This document shows, in pieces, positions 1-10,624 of a stretch of 64,000 bases of DNA. The notes under the pieces are model-generated. The model did no database searches, was not told the origin of the DNA, and saw only the letters and a list, made by a program, of their open reading frames with translations. Both the position numbers and the translations under genes were made by a program. The first letter of the stretch is position 1. Every line of letters starts with the position of its first letter. The stretch is from Selaginella moellendorffii (taxonomy: Eukaryota; Plantae; Lycopodiophyta): positions 206,924 to 270,923 of the forward strand of contig NW_003314380.1 in assembly GCF_000143415.4 (NCBI RefSeq), read 5' to 3'.

Positions 1-43
1 CCAGCGATCCTGGACCGGAGAAGCGGAAATTCACCGGATTTAC

Positions 44-88
44 CTCGCGAAGCCGGCCCAGCCCTGGAATCGACGCGCAAGCCCCCAT
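44..88 (-). CDS. Probable first exon of a gene running off the left edge (MGACASIPGLGRLRE, N-myristoylation/S-acylation-type N-terminus)
   Basis: ATG at 88, MGxCxS motif, followed by a GAG|gtaaat donor at 43. Too little sequence to identify the product. Confidence 0.4.
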
Positions 89-466
89 TCTACCCTAGCC
101 AAGCTTCTCCGTGAAATTCATTCAAATACAATGGAAGGCGCTTAAAACCCAGAGGTTCCTTCGAATATGCGGATGCTCTTGATTCCTAGAATATGCTTTT
201 TACATGTTCTTCCTTCTTGGCATTAGAAATGCTTAGTTTGTGAGTCTGGTTTTATGCCATTTTACACTTAAACTTCCAAGTTTCGATGTGAAAGCATTGG
301 ACCGGTCTTGACGCCGCCGCCTTTGTTCTTCCTTTGTTTCATCGCTGCTGGGCTTAGCTGCTCCTCTCGCTCGCGCAGCTCTTCTCCTCACTAGAAATCG
401 CCACACTAGAGCTTCGAGCTTGGTGGTTTAACCCTCCTTTAGTTCAAGTAAATTTCCATTTTACAC

Positions 467-1700
467 TTAAAAGCTTCGACGTGAAAGACCTCCATCAGAG
501 ACTGCATCTTTCTCAGAGATGGCAAGCTTCGTGACATTGTCCCTCCACATTTGGCCTGCTTCTCCCATCATATCCTTCACTGCCTTGTCAACGATCGTGG
601 CATCTGGACTCGGTGGCAAGCGAGAGCCGATCTTCCAATGCTCCACAGCGAGCGCACAGTTAAGTGGCTGGTCGTACAAGAAAGGCCATCCAATCACGGG
701 GACTCCAAGCACGAACGATCGTCTCCAAAAGAGAATTTCATCCACAATGAGTGAGAAACGCACCCACGGAACGATGCTTGAGAATCTGTGTGGACGACAT
801 ATTAAGCAGGTAAAAGAAGAAGCTTACCTTGAGTTGAGGAGCCCAGAAAACAAACTTGCATTTGTCATAACTTGGATCTTAGAAAAGTTTTCGAAGCTCA
901 TTGTTGTCTGATCGTATCACCCAGGCTTCCAAAGGAGACGTAGATGACTGATTTGGACGGCTGCTCGTCCAGCCAGTCGAGGCAGCTCATATCTTCCATC
1001 CAAAAACCACACCTCTCCTGCTCGAGTTCGTACACTCCAACCTGCCCGTCGAATGCAAATGACGGAAGCAATGAACCGATTGGAAGAAACTGTGGTGTGT
1101 CTCTAGCAAGTTGGTCGAGCTGAGATGTTTCGTAGAAAGAGTTTATAAACACCGGTATACCCGAGAGTGAAGTTGGGATCTACGGTGTGAACTTCTTGAA
1201 GATGCAAAGGAAATTCCCATTCAGAAATTGGAGGGAGGCCGGGTACGAAATCTATGATCCTCGAAGGAATAATAAAAACTCAAGTGGAATAGATTAAGAA
1301 GTACCTTTTAGCGGCAGGAGTCCATTTTCCTTGAGCACAAGAAGACCATTCTGGATGCTAAGCCACGAAGCAGAAAATGTTGAAAGAGTCACCTTGCAAA
1401 TCAGGAACTGGCGAGCGACGCCTTGAAGGCTAGTAATTGCTATGTCGATGAGTATGCAAGACACTCTGGGCAGAGAATCATCTGCCATGATATCTCAAAT
1501 AATCTTGGGCACTGCCAGTTTGAGATTCTTCTCCAAGATAGCAGCAAACTGGAGCAGAACCGTAGTGACGGAGAAGGCTTCTGGAATGAAGGCATCCGGT
1601 AAGTAGACAAATCTCAAGTGCTGACCAGTAGCTTGTTGCTCAGTAGCTATAAAAGCCTCCTTTTTGTTTGAGATTAAGAAAGTGATGAAAAATCCATTGA
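467..1700 (-). pseudogene. UDP-glycosyltransferase (family 1 UGT) pseudogene, 5'-truncated
   Basis: Motifs [36 protein letters not shown] and GVPVIGWPFLYDQPLN (PSPG box) are spread over several frames. The HCGWN Trp codon is TGA at 738-740, there is a further stop at 898-900, and the 5' end is replaced by AT-rich DNA near 1700. Confidence 0.9.
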
Positions 1701-3615
1701 TGAAAAATCCATATAAAATCAAATTTATTCTATCTCAATTGCATTCTCTTCTTGCCATGTCATTGTCATCCACCAGTCAACGTCCCTTAGAACCTTCAAC
1801 ACTTACCTTTTCATCTTCTTGTATTAGGTAATATGCTAATTATAATACTATATTGAGATTAAATTTAATTTATCCATTCTTATATATATGATAATAGATT
1901 TATTAATTGGGGTTTATTACTTACCATTTCCATCTACTTTTGGTAAAACAAATGGCAATGCAATGTAGTTTCTTCTTTAATAGTGAAGAGCAATGAAGTT
2001 TAGGACTTAAAATTTTCTATCATGATTTTCAGGTATATATGAAAAATCTAGCAAGAGCTTAGAGATTATGTTAAGGCATAAGACTTTTTGATCTTTAGTA
2101 GGAAATTATATGGTAGTTCTAATAGTTAGACTGCTTTTCTTACTTGCACGATACATCTATTGGTTATTATTTAATTAGCAACTTCAAGAACAAATAGTCT
2201 AACCTTTCTTTTTAACATATTATTGTCTATTAATACATGAGTTTTTATTTTTCCAGTTGAGTTGGGGTCCCTACTAGTAATAATAATATGGGAAGGTATG
2301 CAAAAGTTTTGCAAACTAAAGAAGAATTATTATTCGAGGACACTTTATAAATTAATGTACAAATATTAAGAATTGAACTAAAATATCTTATAGATCAGAT
2401 TTTGTAAAAGATGGAGAAAAGATTAAAATCTTCATATGGGTTCAAAGAAAAAATAATACAATCTTTATTTACTTTATGAAATCTACTAATATATGCTTAA
2501 TTTTACTAATCATACCCAAAAACATTTGTTGTGAACTACCCCCACCTTTAAAGCTAATACCTTGAATGAAAGTTATTATTATTAACGAAAATATTCTTAC
2601 ATTCAAGATGTGTGGTTTTTGAATCATATTTGTTTTTATTAAATTTATTATTTAGTGTTTCAAATAATAACATTTCAACATATATTTATATCTTTTTCCC
2701 AATCCAATTAAACTTTTTTATTAGTAACTAAAGAGAAATTTAGACAAATATATTCATATTTTGTTCACTTGTAAGTTAAATATATATTTAGATGAGCTTA
2801 CTAATAATTTATTTTCTTTTGATTTACTTTAACTCATTTAAAAGCAAAATTGACTACTTACTTTATAAACTTACAATTGAAAGTGCATTATTAGTTAAGG
2901 TTTTCTAAAGCAAATTAAAAATTATAATTATGTATTTGACATGAAAACTCACTAGTTTTATTTTTAAAGTAGACTATTATTATTTCCATGGATATGGATT
3001 TAAATCTAGATCATCAAAAATAATATAACCATTATTTATTCTATGTGTTCTACCAGTATATGCCCAATTTTGCCAACCATACCATGAATCTTTTGTTATA
3101 AATTCTCCTTCACCTCTGAATGTTACACCTTGAAACTTAATAGAGTTAATTAAAATATCTTTGCATTCTTGGTATATTTTTCTATCATAATATTTTTTAT
3201 CAAATTGATCATTTAATTTTTCTCTCCAAATAATAGAATTACCATATAAATTACAGCTATTTAGAGCATTTAGCATATCTGGTTTCCAATCAACTAAAAA
3301 CAAAATTGCTAGAAATGAAAAAAAATCAATTATATACATACTTGGTTTACTTGTTAAGTTGAATAAATTTGCTGATGAGCTGACTAATATAATTTTAATT
3401 AAAAGAATAAAAATAATTACTAATTTAGTTGCCATTGTATATGCTATAATTTAATTCTGAAAAATTCAGTTTAAATACTGAATAGTCAAACTTCTTTTTC
3501 TGAGTTTCCAATTTCTTTTTCAGAGTTTTCAATGAAGTCAAGTAAAATTAAATAAATTAATTCTCTCCTATATCCTAAGCATAACGTATATTTTTACAAA
3601 AAAAAATAAAAAAAT
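1700..3615. other. Very AT-rich, CpG-poor island interrupting the UGT 5' end
   Basis: Abrupt composition change at about 1700, with a tandem gatgaaaaatccat at the junction. Composition returns to normal at about 3620. Confidence 0.6.
2980..3435 (-). CDS. Small putative secreted protein of unknown function (about 135 aa if the 48-nt intron 3294-3341 is spliced)
   Basis: Open 151-codon ORF in AT-rich DNA with a hydrophobic signal peptide (MATKLVIIFILLIKIILVSSS) and an in-frame gtatgt...ttttag intron. Confidence 0.6.
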   Translation of the reverse strand: MATKLVIIFILLIKIILVSSSANLFNLTSKPSMYIIDFFSFLAILFLVDWKPDMLNALNSCNLYGNSIIWREKLNDQFDKKYYDRKIYQECKDILINSIKFQGVTFRGEGEFITKDSWYGWQNWAYTGRTHRINNGYIIFDDLDLNPYPWK

Positions 3616-3645
3616 GAGTCAATTTTATATTTTTTCTGCCATAAA

Positions 3646-6600
3646 TCACAAGCTTGCTGTTGGTTTTCCAACGCTGTGCTCCATTTTCGCCCTCAATGCC
3701 TTCCTCCTCGCTAGAAAACCTCTTGCTGCTGCTTGTATTCTCGTGGCTGCGGTGACGCGTGATGACTCCTCGTGCTGCTCAACTTGCTGTATGGTTCGTT
3801 TTGCTACAAATCTCGCAGCTCGTTGTATCTTTGTTGCTGCGATGTGGTTTTGCCCCGGTGTGGCTTGAATTCGTATGCCCGAAGCAACGTAGTCTGCATG
3901 TTTTTGCTCCTGTCGAACTTGTAGTCTCAGTAAATATCTCCTCGTAGCTACTTGTATCTTTCTGGCCGCGATAACTTCCAGTTCTTGTGGCTTGTGAGCC
4001 TGTTCTTGTTCGTGTTTTTGCCTCGCTGCTTTCTTTCTTGCCAGAAACCCCCTTGCGACTGCCTGAAGTTTAGTGGCCGCCTCAACTTCTTCTAGCTTTT
4101 CAATTCCTCCAGTGGCTGCTCTCTCCTTGGCCAGCTTGGCCCTTACAAACGCTTGAATCTTTTTGGCAGCGGTTTCTTCTCGCTCGTGCTTCTGGAAGCT
4201 ACCCCGACTGGCTTTTGCTGCTTTCCTCCTCGCTATAAACCCCCTCGCAAGGGCTTGTATTTTAGTGGCTGCCTCTTCTTTTGAGTTCTGTTGCTCTTGT
4301 TCCTGGTTTTGGCCTTCACTGCCTCTGGCAAATCTCCTCCTCACCAAAAATCCCCTCACAAGAGCTTCGATTTTCGTGGCGGCACCACGTATGTAAACGC
4401 TTTGGATTTGCTTCTCTCTCTCAATTCGTAGTGTAAGAGGTAGACCCTGCGATCAGAGCACACAACATTCTTTGAGAGAGATTGAGAGGAAGATAAGAAC
4501 ATAAAACTCTCAACTGTTGGTCCGATCTTGTACAACGTGAACGTTTCCAGGAGCTGCTTGAATGGAATTCCTTTGTTTGGAACTCGAAAGCTCATAACCT
4601 CAAACTCAATCCTCAAGTACCTGGACGAGAAGCGGCAAAATAAATGAAAGCCTCTGATTGGCCAGCTTACCATTGCACGGTGGAGTTGTGTCGTCGTCCC
4701 AGAGGAACACCCAGAGCGTTCACAAAGTTTCGAAGTTTGTGCATTCCAATGTATCCCGAAGCTCTGCATTTTAGAAAAAGATAAAATGAGAAAGGTTAAA
4801 GACCACATTTCTTACTCTGGATCGAAGGGCTGCTGAGCCCATAGCGCTTTAAATGCAAGCAGGTGTTCAGGCGAGACCATAGAATTCTCGTTAACCAGCC
4901 CGAAAGTGATGGCATCCAGGATCAAGGCTACGAACAAGTTCATGAATATGAAACTCGATATCACCACCAGGCATACGAAATAGATGATTCCAGCAAACGG
5001 ATGACCACAGTCATTCCTCGCTAAAGAGTCTCCCTTTGTACACTTTGGCGAGTCCACCATCACGTCGACCATGATACAAGACCAGTTGTCAAGCGTGGAA
5101 ACCTGCAGCATAAGCTCTGAATACAACACAGGCGACTGTACCGAAGCTTACTTGGAAGACGGTAATGAAGGAGTTGACGAACGTTCGAAAGTTAAGCGTG
5201 GGACCAATGCAGGTTCCTTCTGCGACATGACTAAACATCTGGAAGCCAATACCAGAGAACGCGAACAGGAAGACACCGAGAAGAACCATGATCTCTCCCA
5301 TAGTCGGCAGGCATATGACCATAGTTCTCATGATCACCCGTGCTCTCGGTACATGAGGAATGATGCAGAAAACTCGAGCAATGTAAGCAAATCGACAAAC
5401 ATAACCTCTAGGTGTTCCTTTCTTTCCCATCAAGCCTGAAGCTGCCAATATAGATATCGCTGCTTCCATGTGTTTGGAGTGCTCGTATTTGTAAACTTCG
5501 AACTGCAAACACACACTTGAACCTCAAGCATTTATCTAAGAACGCACAGACCTCATCACCAAGAAATTTGATCAAGGACTCCAATAAAAAATACGTCGTA
5601 AGAGCAACGTGAGCTTTCTGGCGGCGCATAGAAACATAAGCCGGCTGGCCAGCGTAGTTCGTTGACAAGAGTGCAGCGTATCCCAACAGGCATATTATCA
5701 TAGTGTTTTGGTAGTGACGATTGCGGATAGCGTAAAAACATAGCTGCCGGACGTAATTCTTCGGTGGCCTCGGTAGCTTTGACGGTTCCAGCTTCTGGAT
5801 GATACGATTCATGTCTCGCCAGAGCTTCTGTCTCTCCGTTAAGAGCTTGGAGCCCGAGTTCTTCCCAAACTCGTTGATAAAAACTCCGATAAACACCCGG
5901 ACTATGAAAAATCCTCCACATATGCAAAACGCCACGAAGAAAATGGCATAAGCCGGACTGTTGTCCCGTTGCGGCTGCTTGTTTTCGCCAACGATATCCA
6001 TCACGGGGTATAGCCAGTTTGTAACCCAGTTGTCGAAAGTCGAGCAAACGAATAAAGAGAGGAAGGCATTACCAATGCTGTCAAAGTGGAAAGTAGGATT
6101 TGTCCAGGCCCGTGGAACATATATTCCGATGTTGTTGTAGTAATGGCCAGTGCAATAAGCTCGATGAGTAATAGTAGCATCGTTGCACGAGTAAAGAAGG
6201 CCCCTGAATAACTGGACACCGATAGAGCCGAAAACCACGAAGATGAGGAACGTAAACAACAGAACGGCCACTATAGCTGGAACAGTCTTGACGAGATTCG
6301 ACATCAAGCTTTTGAGTTCGCCAAAGCGACAGATGAACCGAAATGGTCGCAGTGCCGTCAATGCATGTATAGCTCGTTGAGAGTTCTCGCTCCAAGTAGC
6401 AAGATTGAGTGCGTCGATGATCAGAAGAAAAAGTTCCAGGATGTTGTAGGGGTCGTTAAAGACTGCACTGGGCGAAGATACGAAGCCTTGAACAAAAACT
6501 CTGAGAGAAAACTCTACAAGGAAGACCTGCGAAAGACCCGTGTGCTAATGTGAAGTTCACAAACACGGAGAGAAACATACTAACCACGAACACAAGCTTG

Positions 6601-9600
6601 TGGAGAACTTTGATAGCCGTGTCGGCGAATACCGGCTCTCCAGTGGCTCGCATCTCAATAACAAGCCAAGTGCTTATAGCGACCCAAGCGATTGAGAACC
6701 AGCGCCACCATCTGCTGTTTAAAACCATCTTGCAAAATCCTGTCACACGACCCTCTTCTCCAAGAAAAGATCTTTGCCTCTCGAGAGTGGGAAAGCTTTC
6801 CTCAAGTGCCTCGTAGTCTGAAAGTTGGAAGGACTCCTTTTTGCGGCGCCTGCCTAGATTTCTAGCCAGCTTGCTAGATACCTTGAAAGGAGGCATGGTG
6901 ATGTCAGCAAGCGTAAGAACAGCATCCTGAAGCGCAGTTCGCGAACCTCTTTTCTCACCAATGTCTGCTGGAAATCCAGAAGCCTGGAGAATCTGTGAAC
7001 CACGACTGATCCTTTGCGGCCTTTCTGTTTCTGTAATGTTCTCTCCCACAGCTGCAGTCGACACTGCCTCCAAGCCAGCTCTAGCACTCTCTGCTGGCTC
7101 AGAAGCTGCTCCTGGAAGCAAACTCGTGTTGTCATATCCCAGTTCCAGGTTTCTGTCAATCTGTCTGCCCCGTCGAGAATGAAAGCCTGCTTTCACTCGC
7201 TCAAAAGCGTTCATCACCCAGCTATCTCTTCCCGTAGAGGCCCGGTTTTGCATGCGCTTGAACATTCTCATGTGCTCGGTCTGCAGGAGAAAAGTTGTGG
7301 AGAGAGAAAACAAGGTTTGGAAAATGCACGAACCCGCTGTATTTTCTTTTTCTCGTTGTCAGTAAGCTCGTTATGCTCTAGTATAACAGCAATGATAAGG
7401 TTCATAATAATATGGACTGTGAGGACGAAGTAAAATATATACAGAAAAGGCGCCACACCACTGCACGTAACAACGATGAAAATGATTTGTCAAGAAAGAT
7501 AGATCTAGCTTACTTATACTCCACCCCGGGCCTCATGGAGTTCCACATTTGATTTGGCCAGGATTCAGCAGTAGTTACCGAGAACCAAAGAAGCATAGTC
7601 TGGAGCATATTATCGTGGTGTCCGCGAGGGTACCCGTCCGTGAACTTATAGTATTGACCACTGTATAACTCCATGCTCACGATAGAAAATATAACGATAA
7701 CTAGCAGGTAAAAGAAGAACACACCCACCAGTGAGCCAACACTTTTGATGCACGTGGCCTGTAAAAAGTAGCTTAGCTGATATATTACCTTCGAAGAAAG
7801 AAGGCTGACCACAACTGACGAATGTTTGTCGACATGTTTCTTGGACAAGTAGAACCACCGCATGATTCGAACTGCCGAGATATTTGGATACGTCCGTGAG
7901 ATTAGTGCTCCAGAAGATACTGCGATTACGAAAAGATCAAACAGGTTCATCCCTGCAAAACTATTCACAGCTCAGATTTGAGGAACTGAAACTTTCGCTT
8001 ACTGTCAGCCATAAATGAAATTGGTCCGTAAGCAAGAAAACGCAGTAGTAATTCTGCTGCAAACAAAACAAGGAGCACCGCTTGAATACCATCTGTGCAC
8101 TGACGTTAAGGTGTACGGTCACAAGGAAAAGACGAGGCTGATGGATACAAAGTGTGTACAAGAACTCCTTAGACATGCCGTATCTGTACAAACATAAGAT
8201 AATCGCGTTAACAGTAACAACCAGTAGTACACCGCGATCAAAACTTGGATGCTGAACAACTGCGCGGCATTTCTCGGATACTGATAAGGCTGCTCTGCCA
8301 CCTCTTCCACTTAATGAACGTTGATAAGTTCTTGAGCCCAATCGGCTGAATCTCATTGAGCTAGTGTGAAAGGTATCTCGAAAAGTCGAGTGAGTGCGGC
8401 TAAAAACTCGGCCGACGCTTCTTTTAATTCTCCTGGATCTGTTTAGAAATCGCAAATGCCATTTCAAATGACGATCATCAGTTATAATGTCGTCCCGGAG
8501 GATGTTCGCCATCACGGTTGCGCTATAAAAGGAGGTCGTGCTTTTACGAGATTTTTTCAAGAGTGCCTAAGAATATTGAATCCCGCTTAGTGTTCCCAGT
8601 GACAAAATCGTCACGTACCTGATGTTCCGCCCTGACTCGAAGAAAAACTCCACTTATCCCAGCAATAAACACATTGCAAAGAAAATATGTCCCAATAATC
8701 ACCAAAGTCATGAAGTATGAATCTGTAAAGCAGTGTCAGGCAGAATTGACTTCGCCAAAGTAAATCTAATACTTGCTCGTTCTCCTTCAGCATCCTTTAC
8801 GCGGTACATTATCAGAGACCATCCTTCCAGCGATACAATCTGGAAAAGAGCTACAATATAAAGCACAAGGTGAAAGGCAACGAACCTGAAACATACTGAT
8901 CAAAGAATACCAGAGGTAATCAAAACTCGTTTGTCCATAGTTAGGATTTCCATACTTCTGCAAATGCAAAGTTGTATGATGAAAACTGCGAACGGCGGAA
9001 CTTTACCAAGCATTTCTGAGTCGAGGGACAACTGTATCCATCGACTACTTTCTTATCACAAAAACGTTCTGGATATGATAGTTGCTTGTCCTGACTTCGC
9101 AAGCACCTAACAGAAATGGGGAGTTCAGCTTAGTGGTGCAATATGCAAAATTTAATTGAGTACCTTTGAGACAATGTCTTTTGCAAAAACTGTGTCCCGA
9201 GCAGCGCATAGAAGACCAACATGAAAAATGTGAGGAGGATAACATTTTGAAGCGGACGGACGCTTCTTTCGACTGCTACCATGATAGCCTGCACAGCATA
9301 GCAGTTTCAGTTCAAAGCTAGAAAAGAAAAGAAAAACATACAATGACATCTGCAAAAAAATGGATGTGCTTCAAAGCTAGAAGGCCTCGAAATGCACGCA
9401 AGACCGCCAAACGTGCAAAATAATCTCTTCCAGTTATGCTTCTAACAATGATGTGTACCCTGTAGCATAGAGATTATGATACGCTCATGAAGCTAGGAAT
9501 CTTACCAGGAATCAATAACAATGGCAAAATCAAGCCTGTTATAAGGGTTTCGAAGGTAAGAGTAAGGTCCCTTGCAGAACCCCAGACAGAGGATCTTCAG

Positions 9601-10432
9601 TAACATTTCGATCCTGTTAAGAAAGCTTTAACGATGAGACAGTTCCATGTAACTTACAAAAGAAAAACTTACGCATAAAGCGTGGTAATGACCCCATCCA
9701 GAAAGTCCAGCTTAAAATCCCTTACATCGGTCCATCGTTGTTCCCGGCTCCCAGCTTTTACTTGGAAAATCAGCACTAAAAGGTGAGATAGGATGAGGAA
9801 TAGCAGCATATATTCCGCTGTCCTGGAAACCAATGTAGCACAAGGTTGTCATAGCTGGATCAGCAAATACAAGGTAGTTTGTTTACTTGCATACTGGTTA
9901 TGGATAAGCACGAAGAGCTTTAGACGCGTTGCGCTGTATTGACTCCAAAACCCAAGGGCACGACCCTCGATTCGAGCTCCAGTTCCTACAGCGCTACGCA
10001 TTGCCTTCCTTCTCAGCAGCTGATAAAAGAAAGAAAACTCTTAAGCCGAGAAGAAGAAAGGAAATGTGTAGCGCTTACCAGCATATGCCTGACTGCTTTA
10101 TAAGCTCTTTTCCAATTTTCCATGGGCATGGAAGAGACTGGCGGGCGTGGAAGAATTTCCAGAGCAGCAATCAATGCGACAGTAGAGGGCTTTTGCCCAT
10201 CGTCTGGTTTGCTCACGCCATGGATAGGAGGGAGCTGATCCTCCCATCGAGGATTCCGAGCTAGGAAATCTGGATCATCCTCTGGATCTCTTTCGCTGCG
10301 CAGCAAATTCCAAATTCTAGACAAGATTTCCATACGAAAGACCGGCGCTTACCTCTGTATGAGCTGAGAGATAGTCTTGGAAGCCACCTCGAGCATCCGA
10401 GAGAGCCTCGCGCTCTTGCGCGTCTCCTCCAT
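3646..10432 (-). CDS. Four-domain voltage-gated cation (Ca2+) channel alpha-1-like subunit with C-terminal IQ repeats, multi-exon
   Basis: Four pore loops (FQIVSLEGW, VTTAESW, CSTFDNW, QVSTLDNW). S6 motifs (IIMNLIIAVILEH, VFIGVFINEF, FMNLFVALILD). S4-like segments (LAVLRAFRGLLALK, LTALRPFRFICR). Post-DIV EF-like region (HLLAFKALWAQQPFDPE) and 7-8 IQ motifs. Start is 10432 (with a 36-nt intron) or 10333. Confidence 0.9.
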
Positions 10433-10624
10433 TTCCTCCGCCCCAGCTCAGAAACCCTAGGATAAGCACTGCTGATAAACCCTAAAATTTCAAATAGCGG
10501 TTACGCGCCATTGCCACGTGGATGTCAGCTGAAAGGCTCTGCTCGCGTCGATAGAAGATTTCCTCTCCTCCTTCCTTCTGGCAATAAGATTTTCGTGTTC
10601 TTCCTCTTGGATGAAAGTGTGCTT

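Noticed and set aside
4356-4450. Apparent frameshift between the channel ORF (4356-4808) and the IQ ORF (3646-4359)
   Set aside because: Resolved by a GT-AG intron (ACA|gttgag...cgcag|GGT) that joins YKIGPT to GLPLTLR in frame, so it is not evidence of a pseudogene.
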